Assembly: GCA_001949185.1 (NCBI GenBank)
Contig: BDGG01000010.1
Span: forward strand, 1,621,773 to 1,685,772
Direction: 5' to 3'
Length of the DNA stretch: 64,000 nt
Source: Ramazzottius varieornatus
Lineage: Eukaryota; Animalia; Tardigrada
The position numbers and the translations under genes are program-made. The notes beneath the pieces were generated by a model that had not been told where the DNA came from, ran no database searches, and saw only the letters and a list, made by a program, of their open reading frames with translations. Shown here piece after piece: positions 39,329-50,649 of this stretch; position 1 is the stretch's first letter; the number at the start of each line of letters is the position of its first letter.

Positions 39329-42028
39329 TCACCAGAATTCGTGCGAAAGTCCCGCTAAATTTGAGTTCACCGATCGATCATACAAATCGCACCTCAGCCA
39401 GCTCGAGAGTCTTTCTTGAGGTTTGTAAGAATCGACCTGAAAACAGAAAGCGTGTAAGAACCGGAAAGTGAAACGAACAGGTGAAAGTGGGTGCTTACCT
39501 TGAACGAACTGGAATCGATGGGGTACAGAATTTCGTCGGCAAGTATCCAGACCGTCGTAGAGTCAGCTTTTGTATCCACTACTGATGCTGTCGGCCATTC
39601 CAAACCAGCTTCTATGTTTGACGGAAACCCAAGCTCAGGCTGTAAGGGGAATGGTCCGCGGACCTGGTTGAAGTGTGTTGGATGGAGAGTCCAGTAAGAA
39701 TCACCTGACGAGAAGGACGTCACGTTTACCCAGTTGAGCGTCGCCTCAGTTTTATACGCTGGCGGACCCCAACAGAAAGATCTCACGAAATCTAATTTTA
39801 CCTTTGACGAATACGATGCGACCTTCGTTCCACAAGAACGCTGCGTCTAGGGAGTCTGGAAGACCGGGGAACCCACTGCTGATGTCCTGAGGATACCCAT
39901 CCAACTGCTGATATCCGCGGTATTTCCAATATGATCGACCCTGCAGCAACAACTCCGTTGTAGCGCCATCAGAAGATCGTTCTGTAATCTGTTCCGTACC
40001 TTGAAGAAGTAAGTTTGTCCGTTGATCCAAGTGAAAGCGGCATCGATGTTGTCAGGCAGGTCAGGGTAATAGTCCCGAATCACAAGCGCCTTGGATAGAT
40101 ATCTATGCGGATCCACGACCCAGAATTGTTTCGCTACAAAACAGACACCCGATTGCATCACGCATTGCAAATCCTATTTTACGTTTCTGTAAATATTCTT
40201 ACAGCTCATTATGATCATGTTGTCGTCGAGTGTGCTCAGCATAGCATTGGTTCTAAACCCTGCATCACAGGGAGTCGCGGAATCAGCCAAAACCACTGAC
40301 TGAGATGCTTTCAGTCTCGGGGAAATCACTCTGCGTACTACGGGTGGCGCCACCGTCGTTGTAGTCGTGGTCGTTGTTTCCGCCTTTGGCAAGGGCGGCG
40401 TGTAGAAACCGCGGTAGGATGTATCTTCTGGCTCATTTATTCTTCTCCCGTTGTTCCCACATCCATAGTACTGGTTGACTTTTTCGGCATCGAGCGGACT
40501 CAGTTCCTTTCTTTGACCCAGCTTCTTCGCGCTGACCGTCGGATAGCGGGGCAAGATGGTCGGTCTTCTCTCGTCGATGGACTATCAGATGAAGTATTCT
40601 AATAAACTATACAGTATATTGTTGTAAATTAGGAAGAAAATTCGACTTACAAAAGCATATGCAGAATAATGCATCACAGAGTTGTAGTCGTAAGATTTTC
40701 CAAGACTGTCGATGGTGCCAGGCGAGCGCTTATGGAAGTTCACTTCTCTTCCTGCAACAAAAACTTGAGTCATGATCAGACGGGAAATCTCGTAAGCTGC
40801 TCTTTTGTCAGATTGCTGGAATACCGTTCTCCATGTTGTTCCAAAGGACGTCTATGAACTCATCTCGGTCCAGCCTCGTATGCTCATGGTAGAACCCCAG
40901 CACGTGCAGCAGCTCGTGGCTGACCACTCCAACTTCCGTCAGGCATCTCCAGGGATCCAACGTCACAACCTGCTGGCCGCCGCGGCGTCCGACGTATGAA
41001 GAACACCTGAAAGAATATGGCTGTATAGTAAGCAGGGCGAACACGTGAGCCGGTAATCTTATCCGACAGGCGACCTCGGCCATGAGTATCACCGCTAAGC
41101 TCCGTATTATAGCCACTCACCCTTCACCAGGCATGATGCGTACGTAGTCGGTTTCCGAGCTCCTCTCAACAAAATTTACACACGTTTTTCCCTGCAACGA
41201 AGCACAACGTTCAGTAAACAACAGTAAACTGACTCTTTGTAGTACGCGAAAACTGATATTGGTAGATGTCGGTCAAGATCAGTTTCATGCTAATATTCGA
41301 CAAACAATCAACACTAACCTGAATTTCATCAATAGCCGCGTATATTATTTTTCGCTGACTAGCACCTGCAACAGTTAATCAGTTGGCTTCTTAACAAAGC
41401 ACAATATGAGATACTTAATTTGTAGAAGTTTTTCTTACTGTAGTACGGGTCGATCGTGTAGGGGATTATTCCTTTTGTCCATTTTTTGAAGTCTTGATTA
41501 GTTACAGCTCGAACCTGAAAGCATCAAACCAGTTAAAAACAAAGGGTCGCTGTAGGCTGAATTTTCAATGGCTCCGCCAAAGTTCCTGACTTTCGAGAAA
41601 AGCAAAAGTACTCACCTGGCGTTCGAAGCTTCCGGGATATATCATATCTCCTTCCACATGCCCTAAGCATCCCGAGAAAATGTTTCTTATTCACAATTCT
41701 CGAAGAGAATAAAGTGCGGCTAGGTAACTTACGCCCAACTTCGTCTGCGTTTGGTCCGTCTATCAGGTCAAACCCTTCATCGTCCTCCTCCAAGCCGTTA
41801 TTGATGTCTATAAGAAGAACGTTTTGGCTGGTCGACCTTACCCGCATTCCGAGAGACTTACTCGGTTTTCTGCGAGATGCGAAGGAAGAGCAAAAGACAC
41901 CCGGACTCACCTTGTTGTGGAGTTTGCAGAGTTTCCTCTTCCGTGTTCGGTATGACATAGCTATGGCGCAATCGGATAACGCAGGTACCAATGAAGAAGA
42001 AAAATATTACAGCACGCGGTGTTGTCAT
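39329..42028 (-). CDS. Secreted astacin (M12A) zinc metalloprotease with Thr-rich hinge and C-terminal hemopexin domain; multi-exon
   Basis: Hydrophobic N-terminus, prodomain VEGDM, mature region WTKGIIPY, zinc motif HELLHVLGFYHEHTRLDRD, Met-turn YDYNSVMHY. After TTTTTTT come hemopexin blades (PDLPDNIDAAFTWINGQTYFFKGRSYWKY; PGLPDSLDAAFLWNEGRIVFVKGDSYW) and terminal SWLRC. Confidence 0.93.
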
Positions 42029-42769
42029 TTCAGGGAGGTACCTCTAGCAGTAGCCGGCTGACGTGCGAGTTTAGCAGCGGGCACGATGGATGAGAAAAAG
42101 TGAGCTATGACTGACCACATCCTCGGTTGTTACTTTATAAGGACCAGGAAGCAGAGTACTCTACTTCCGTAAGGCAATCTGTCAATGAATTTGGCTACCC
42201 GCGCCGCATTGACCACCGTCGAGACATCAAGTGGTCCACAATGACAACATTTCATTCAAGTTGTCATCATGAACACCAGTCTGTGTTTGTCTATACACTT
42301 GACATTCACACAAAAACATAATTCCAACAAACTGGGCCACTAGGTCCAGTTTGCTACGGATTAGCACAAGGCTCCTCGCAGAGAGATGCCTGGGAATACC
42401 GACCACACCTTCTTCCCTGCGAGCATCCGTTGAATCGGAGAACTCTATTTTCGGGGAAGAAGGGAAAGCTTGATGATTGTTCTACTTTGTCCGCCTAAAA
42501 CAAAATTTCTTTATGGGCGTTAACTACACAAATCAAGAACCTGGACACAGACGCAAGAGTAACTGAAAAGCATAAGCCTGTATGCAGGTGCGTGATGCAC
42601 GAAAGTATTCAAAGAATAAAATACTCCGAAGCTGTGAGCTTCATCTCACGTTTTTCCAAGGAAGAAAGTTTACCGCGAGGCCTATCATGTTACAGAAGAG
42701 TAACAGAACGTACAATCGTAAGTACCAACAGATATGGTTCACAAATATTTGTGGCCTAACCTTGTCCCC

Positions 42770-45456
42770 CTATAACGAAACTCCGACAGCGTCACCCTTG
42801 TGCGACTCGGACTTGTTCAATGGTTGATTGGTCTTCTTGACGTAACGCAACAAGCGAACCAGAATATCAGGATTAATTCCTTCAATGCGGCTTGCCGCCG
42901 CTAAGGAGCCAGGACGTACTGCGTTCAATTTGTCTTTCATCTCCATCGAGATATTCAGACTATTGTAATCCAGGTCTTCCGGCAACAGCAGCCTCTCGTC
43001 GTTTCTGACTTCGGATATCTCGAAACTTTGTTCCCGTGTCACGTCGGAGTAGACTGCTTCCGTCTTCAGTCGATGCTGAAGCCAAGGCTGGTCGAGAAGA
43101 TCTTTGGTTTTCGGCTACAACAAGAACAATGATGAATTCATCAATTACATCTGGCTATCGTTTTCACTGATTTTTGCAGAAAGGAAACTTACCAAAATAT
43201 TCTGTACGGCTTTGACCATTTCTTCAATCGAGATATCGGGATGTCGAAGCATTTGGAAAGCCGACTTCGCTTCGGCCTTCGTTATCCGCGCTTCGGTATT
43301 TAATTGTGACTTCCACTCGGAACAGGGCATCTTTATACTTTCGAGCAACTCCATTGCTTGTGTTAGGTTGGCTTGTCTCGTTCGGAAGTGTTCTTCCCTC
43401 GACTTTCCGATACAGCCAACAGCCAGACCTTTCGGTGTCAAACGCAAATCTGCAAGGCCAAAAAGCAACCTCCGCTTTTAACAGGCCCGTTCGTCGTAAT
43501 TCCGGACTGCATACCTGCGTTATCTGGTCGCAAGCTCAAACGGTATTCCGCCCTCGCAGTGAACATCCTGTAAGGCTCAGTGGCTCCCAAGGTCGTTAAG
43601 TCGTCTATGAGAACCCCGATGTACCCTTCAGTTCTGTCCACTGTCAGTGGGTCACGGCTGAGCGCTTTGGCGGCCGCGTTGATCCCCGCGATAATGCCTT
43701 GAGCAGCTGCTTCCTCGTACCCTAGATAAGGAAGCAACTTGCAACCGTTTGGTACACACCACTGTACGAGCAGCGGGTGAATGGTAACTAACCTGTAGTT
43801 CCGTTGATTTGACCAGCGAAGAACAAGGCAGGTATCCTTCTGGTTTCCAGAGTTAGCTTCAATTCGCGGGGATCGATGAAGTCGTAAAAAACACCATAAC
43901 CCGACCTGAGCATCTCCACATTCTCTAAACCAGGAACTTTCTTCAGGATCTCCATCTGATACTCTACTGGCATCGTCATAGACAATCCATTCGGGTATAT
44001 CACGTCTGAGTCGAAGCCTTCCGGCTCTAGCCATACGCGATGTGACAGATGTCCAAAGCGGAGAGCTTTTGATTCCAGTGAAGGACAAAACCTACCTTCA
44101 AAAACAGTTATTTACTTCGCACTCGTTTCCGTCCCTATCCATGTTACTAATTTCTGCCTTACCTTGGTCCCCGGAGTTCTTCTTTGACATGTCTGTTCAG
44201 ATGCAGAGTCTCATTGACAATTTTTACGGTTTCCGGTCCCGCGAACGTCATATGGCAAAGTAGCTGGTCTTCCGCCTTGATCCACGGTGCATCATTCATG
44301 AAAGAGAACGCCAGTGGTGGATTGTCTCCTTGCCACATTGCGGTCTTTGAGAAATCTATAGACTGCTTCTTTAGCCTCGGAGGTGTCCCTGTGCGCAGAC
44401 GACCCATGGCAAACCCGGCTTTCTCGATGGTTTCAGCTAAAGCTACGGCCGGGCCATCACCAATACGTCCGGCTGGAATTACATTGAGGCCAATATTTAT
44501 CTCACCGCGGAGAAACGTCCCTGTGGTCAACACGACAGACTTGGAATGGTACACTTTCCCGTCCGAAGTGACCACTCCACAGCACTGATTCGAAGTGGAG
44601 GTTTCTGACAGCGGATCTGCGGAACCTGTAAGCAAATCATCCACTGCCGCTGCTTTCACTGTCAATCCGGGATAGTTGAATATCTCATTCTGTAGATGCT
44701 GCTTATAAAGCTTCCTACACCAAAAGAAGAAGAAAGCTGCTGTGTACAGTAACTAATATCAAAAGATGAGACGCCAAGTCGGCCATTGTTCATATAGTCC
44801 AAGTGACGTCACTGCGGATGGGCACGTTACAAGGGTGGCCGATTCACATCTCATGCCCGCGGAAGCAATCTGCCCACTTCCCGTTATTAACGGGCCGTTA
44901 ATGAACTTATGCAGTTACAGTACGCACCTGTCAATCTGTGCACGATATCCCCAAACGGCAGGTCCTTTCTTTCTGTTTAACACCTTATACTGCACTCCCG
45001 ACAAATCGCAGATCCTACTGCACAAACCATCCAGCGCATCCACCTCTTTCATGAGATGTCCCTTCCCGATGCCTCCGAACGAAGGGTTGCAAGACATCTC
45101 CCCAATCGTTCCTAGCTTATGCGTCAGCAGCAACGACTTTGCCCCCATCCGAGCCGCAGCACAAGCCGCTTCTGTACCTGCATGGCCTCCGCCCACCACG
45201 ATCACGTCGTAGACGTCGCCTACAAGACAAGCTTAGAGTGAAAGTTCGTTAACTTTGTTTTGCATAATGAAAACTAGACTTTATTACCATCTGTCGTGCG
45301 AGCGGAATACGTGGAGGATGCTGCTGTGGACAGTATCGACGAGACCTGCGCTTCAAAGATTCCCAATAGACAAATGGGTTTTCCATGCTTTGGGCGGTAC
45401 GTCACGTTCGACAAGGGGATGAAGCGTCTGCGGGATATATAACTTTTCAACGCCAT
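42770..45456 (-). CDS. MTO1: Mitochondrial tRNA U34 modification enzyme MTO1 (GidA/MnmG family); multi-exon
   Basis: [100 protein letters not shown]. Basic, presequence-like first exon. Confidence 0.97.
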
Positions 45457-45761
45457 TGTGTTAACGCGTTCACAGCAGCCAGAGCACTAATTCAGAAGCG
45501 AATCTTCGCACTGCATCCCAAGTCCATTTTCTACGATTCCAGTCACAGCACCTGCCCTTGAAATGAGAGAAACTGAGAGATCGTTTGGCAGCAGCTCTAG
45601 CAATCTGGAGGACAAGATCAAAACACTCCGAATCAAAACAATCCCACCGGAAGTGCCAAAATGCACATGTGCTAGATCAACCCAAGTATGGGGCGCCGTT
45701 TGCGTCAAAATTTCTGACGTGTTTTTCGCAAGAATTCTCGCAGAGGTCCCTAAACCACCGC

Positions 45762-45955
45762 TAGTGCTGGGATAAATATGATATATCGTATCTTATCGAA
45801 ATATATCACATCATAGTGATTCGATATGACAAAAATATCATATCGAAATATCGATATGGACGGAATATCGCTGAGCGGAATATAATAAATAAAAATACCA
45901 TATCGCGGTATATCGATATGTTTCTAATATATCGATAAATCGCAAACCCGCACTT
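45762..45955. mobile_element. Degenerate hAT-like MITE/terminus rich in ATATCG/CGATAT repeats
   Basis: Begins TAGTGCTGGG and contains many ATATCG/CGATAT motifs in both orientations. No TSD found. Confidence 0.55.
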
Positions 45956-48039
45956 GAGAATCGGAGCTACGGAAGTCGATACTCCGGTTCGGTACCGCGC
46001 AGGCAGCGCGGTCTCGCCCGTAATGTATCGCGCACATGCATCCAAGCTGACTTCGGAGAAGTGAACAGTCAGCGTACCTAGGTGCGTAACGACAGGCCTT
46101 GATAGACTGAGCAACCAACTATTTTACATGCCTGCGCGCATGACTCAGTGGAGGAGGGGCGACCAAGGTAACAAAAGACGCATTTTTATGCTACCTTTTT
46201 CCGCCGCACGAACTCTCGCCAGCGTTCGAGAATTCTACACAAAGTGCGAAATGAAAAATCGTGCAAACTGAAACTCTGGCAAATCATGTTAAGTGGTTTA
46301 GGAAACTGCGAGAATTCTTGACGAAATAGTTTTGACGCAAACGGCACCCCATACAAGCCAGTGTTCCGCAGGTGAACCTTTACCGACATCGTTTGAGATA
46401 CCAGAGCCGATTTAGCTTGGCCTACCAAAAGACCTGTCCGTCAATCAAACTTAAACGGAAATCAACTGAAACTTGCATGTATTCAAGAAATCAATCCAGT
46501 GAAATCATGAATGAATTTCGTATATCATCTTTACTCAGCAGTTTTTGCAAGTCATTCGGAACGTCGGTAAATGTTCACCTGCTGAGCACTGACCCAAGTC
46601 AATCAACTGCTCTCAGTCCACGTGTGCCGAACTTCCGATGAAATCCTAAGACATATATACTGTTACATATATACTGATGTCTGAACCAAACAAATTAGGA
46701 ATTTACAACCGTGTAGTACTGATCTCACAGAACTGGTGACGGAGCGCGTTTTCTACTTTTTCGTATTCCAAATTTTCTATGAATTCTTACTCATTCTCTC
46801 ATATTTTCTGGCCGTTATGCACAGTCAGCAAGCAACTTTTTTGGGTCATATCAGTTTCAGTGTGAAGTATCCAGTCCTCATATCAGTCCATTAGATATTT
46901 CGTTTATAATTAAAAATCTTTTGTGGTAAATGTGATGGAAAAATGTAAAAGTACCGGTATGATGGAAAACAAGCCGAAAGCTTGCAAAGTGGTTTCAGTG
47001 ATACGTACACTTCTGGTGGGATTCATCTGCACAAATCCATATTTTGGAACGTCGCACCAGACTGTACTTTTGAAGTAATGTTTCTTGGAACAGAAACATT
47101 TCTTATCTCATTAGTCTCAGTCTTTTCAGTCTATGTGGATTTCTATTTCGTCTAAATCCGTTTCAGTCTTTTGAATATCAATGTTCGTCCCGCTATGCCA
47201 ATTTTAGTCTGACAGACCTACAGTTTCAGTTTCAGTCAATGACTGTCGGCTTGACATGTCGTCCAACAATGTCACAGAAAAACTCTATTCAGTTTGAGCA
47301 AGCCATGCTCCACGTTACTGACGAACTTCGTGAACGAAGTATCGATAGATATGGGCCGGATTAGGGGTTTCCTAATTATTGTATTAATAGTGGTGCCTGC
47401 AGCAAATCAGAAGTAAAACAGGGCTTCGACAGGGGTGCCTGTAGCCATTTCCGCATGAAAACATGGATAGAACAGACAGGCTGATACGAAACCTGAGCGG
47501 CGCAAGAAACCCAATTAGCGCAGAAGCCTCGATCCACCCACTCCTTGCACTAATCATGTGAGGTTGAGACTCGTCACGCGATGCAGGCGATTTGCGTAAC
47601 CTCTCCGAAAGGTTTTGCAGAACCTCCCTTCTTTCTCGTGGACTAGTTTGGAACGAGATATCGAGTCAAACTGAATCTTTGTTTTGACTGAGTAATGGAA
47701 ACAGAAGGTGTCAGTTCCAACTGCTCAAGGTGAGACCTGTCAGGAACCGCGTATAATTTGGTGAGTAGTCACAGTTGTAGGTGAAGTGGAGATAACGAAG
47801 TGGGGAAAGCTACAGTTGGAGACGGAGAGCTGATTCTGATGAAGTCACAGTCAAGCTGCAGTTTTACGGAGAATTAATGAAAACACCACTATCAAAGTTA
47901 CCGAAAAATCTCACAATACTACTCCCCCCCCCAAGCTACTACTGGCTGAGATCCAAGACAAGACTCACGTGAACTCAAAAAAGAGCCGATCCAAACAAAG
48001 CCGAATTTTACTACTGTTTTTTGGCCCACAGCGGTATAC

Positions 48040-48515
48040 TGCGATGAACGGTGCTCACTTTTTCAAAACTGCAACTGCACTGCAACTACATTTTCTCACC
48101 ATTTCGACGACTGCAAGTGTACTGCATTGCAGTAAAATGCAGTGCAGTGCAGAACGTGCTGCATGTTGCAGGGCTCTAATGGAGCATAACAGTCCATATT
48201 GACAACAGCCATCCGTACTGGATACCTTGGGAGCGACGTATTCACCGCGAGATGTCAGAAGGTCCGTTTAAACGCTTACCCATCCGACGCGTGGTACCGA
48301 ACGAAAATGCCAGTTTTATGAAAACTCAAATTACAGAACACCATCCCAGTAATTCGAATAATTTCAATTATTGTCGGAACTTGAATTTGAATTAATCTTC
48401 ATTGATGATCCAGGCAGGACGAGGTACCTGCAATTCAAACTGTTGCTACGCGAGGGATTCCGATCAATCGTAATTGCAATTCAAACTGAAAAAGTCATAC
48501 CGGAACAACACTGTC
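48040..48515. mobile_element. Two orphan hAT-like MITE ends (ACTGCA-repeat type ending TGCAGGGCTCTA; AATTC-repeat type ending AACAACACTG)
   Basis: Subterminal short-repeat arrays whose termini read TAGAGCCCTGCA and CAGTGTTGTT on the minus strand. Partner ends not found. Confidence 0.45.
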
Positions 48516-48520
48516 CAGTA

Positions 48521-49399
48521 TGGGCGGCGGATGCGGTCAGCGTAAAAAGCAGCTATCATATGTTTTGATAGGTATCATAACATGTAGGTGGTTGTTTCGA
48601 TAGCTATCAAAACCAGTACCTATCACTTAGTGTAGTTATCCATGCAACAAGATGTCAGTTTCGGTATCTATCGAAATAACAAGCTATCAGTTTTGGTAGC
48701 TTTCAAAATGACAACCTGTTTTGTTTTTGCACCTACTTGTGCATCTGGTACAAATTTGGCCTACTTCGAAAAAGTCGATTTCTATTTGCGCCGTTAAATG
48801 GAAGTATAGAAACGTCACATGGAAGTCAGAAATAACCAATATAGTAAGAAATAACCAATATATTTCTAATATTTCTGTGTTCGTGTGGTTCGAAGTAGGC
48901 CAAATTCGAGCCTACTGGTCCAAAGTTACACAAGTGGGTGCCAAAACAAGTAGGTTGTCGTTTTGATAGCTACCAAAACTAATAGCTTTTTGTTTCGATA
49001 GGTACCGAAACTAATAGCTGGTTGAATGGATAGCTAAATAAACTGATAGGTACTGGTTTCGATAGCTATCGGAACAACCACCTACAGTCCTACCTGCGAG
49101 ATGTGACAACTGCTTTTTCTGCGACTGAACATCAGTTTTGAACGGGAATACTCGCAAAACGTCACCCATACGATTAGCTGATCTTGATCAAGTAATCAAG
49201 TGTGCAACAGATCAGCTGATCGGTCTACGGCGAACAGAGTGGCGAGCAGTCTCGTGGACATATGAACCGTCCAAAAATGAAATCGGGCGATTGAACTGTC
49301 ACATCTCGCAGGTAGGACTGTACATGTTATGATAACCATCAAAACATGTAGCTACCACTTTCTATAGCTACTTTTTACGGTGAATGCGTCCGCTGCCTA
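48521..49399. mobile_element. Foldback-type MITE with long (~250 bp) imperfect inverted arms, TA-flanked
   Basis: The left arm (tgggcggcggatgcggtcagcgtaaaaagcagctat..tatcataacatgtaggtggtt..) is mirrored by the right arm (..aaccacctacatgttatgata..atagctactttttacggtgaatgcgtccgctgccta). Internal GATAGCTA-like repeats. Confidence 0.85.
49085..49320. mobile_element. 236-bp Tc1/mariner-type MITE nested in the foldback element
   Basis: Perfect 24-bp TIRs CAGTCCTACCTGCGAGATGTGACA and TA duplication (49083-84, 49321-22). Removing it restores the host arm. Confidence 0.93.
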
Positions 49400-50316
49400 T
49401 AGCCCAGAGTGCCGTGACTGCCGTCCCTCGTCTCTCGACAAAGGCACAAAGCACTGCTTGAAATGCTTGGGATCAATGGTGCTCGGACAGGTCAAAGGTC
49501 ATTTTAAAAACGGAGCAAGGTCAAAGTCAAGTGCGTGACCTACTGTCAGCACCATGGTCACCTTGAGGTCGCACCTCTCATGTTCTGATTGGCCACTTTT
49601 CTGAACTGTATAAACTTAACCGCCAGAGAATGCTCAAAGTTACCTTCATGCACGCAGTGGTGTTCTAGGAAACTGTCGATTATTTCCCAGTGCGGGATTG
49701 TCGTTCTTAAAATATTACACCCACAACTGGGTGAAATGTTTCACAGACCAAGTTAATATATACTTACCTAGAACTCAAACTCATCGTAGTACACAGGAGA
49801 TTTTTGATTTCCCCTACACTAGTTTAATCCATTTATCTCGCCCAGGCACAGTCTTTGTTCAACGGTACTGGTACTCGTTGGTACAGCAAATAGAGTAATC
49901 AGAAACTATTGTAGAGCAAAGATCTAAAGGCCCGAAAATTTTCCTGGTTCGATTCATCTTACTGAAGGTTTTGTTTGATGTTCCAATCAATCTTGTTTGT
50001 TCCAGCCATGCGAGAGTCAAACCCACACCCTCCGTGATTGGTGATTACTGTGGAAGGCTGATTGAAAGAGTCGCTGTTTGATCAAATAAAAGTCGTGAAG
50101 TTGAGAAGGCGCAGCCTTATCTCGCGCACAAAGGACCTTTCATGATGGATAGGACTCGTTCACACGCGGTGCGAATGTGGAATTTGAATACCATCTGACG
50201 GCCCGCAATTACGAGAATTTCGGTTTTTTGTAATTAATGCAGTATTGTGGCCCGATTAATGGACCCTTAGTCAAAGCGGTCAGGATGCCACTGCCCCTTT
50301 TTCATAATAACCTTTG

Positions 50317-50649
50317 TCATTGCTTCGGATCATGATGCGAAGTAACGATCCGCACGTTGTGGCCCTTGGTTTGCAAAGCGACGGCAGCATCCACAATCAG
50401 GCGCTGTGCTCCACCGATGCCGAGATCAGGATGGACGAACACGACGTCCAGAGGGCTGGCAGTCGTTAGGTAATAGTGTGAAAAGTCGTTGCTGGCCTGG
50501 GAGAGAAACATCAGCTCATCGTTATTAGATCTCGCTTTCCACTTCCGTGCTCCCACTTACGCGTTGACAGCAATCACTGGTGTGGTTTGTCGCTTCGCCT
50601 CCACCCAGAAACTGACACCAGCGATCAGAAACAAGAAAACGATGTACAT
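50317..50649 (-). pseudogene. Truncated ALG2-like (GT4 mannosyltransferase) 5' gene fragment
   Basis: [42 protein letters not shown] matches the ALG2 N-terminal motif HPDLGxGGAERL. It stops where ALG2 continues with CF, and no downstream ALG2 exons were recognised. Confidence 0.8.

Noticed and set aside
42770-45456. Bacterial mnmG/gidA or horizontal transfer
   Set aside because: Multiple spliceosomal introns and a presequence-like exon indicate ordinary nuclear MTO1.
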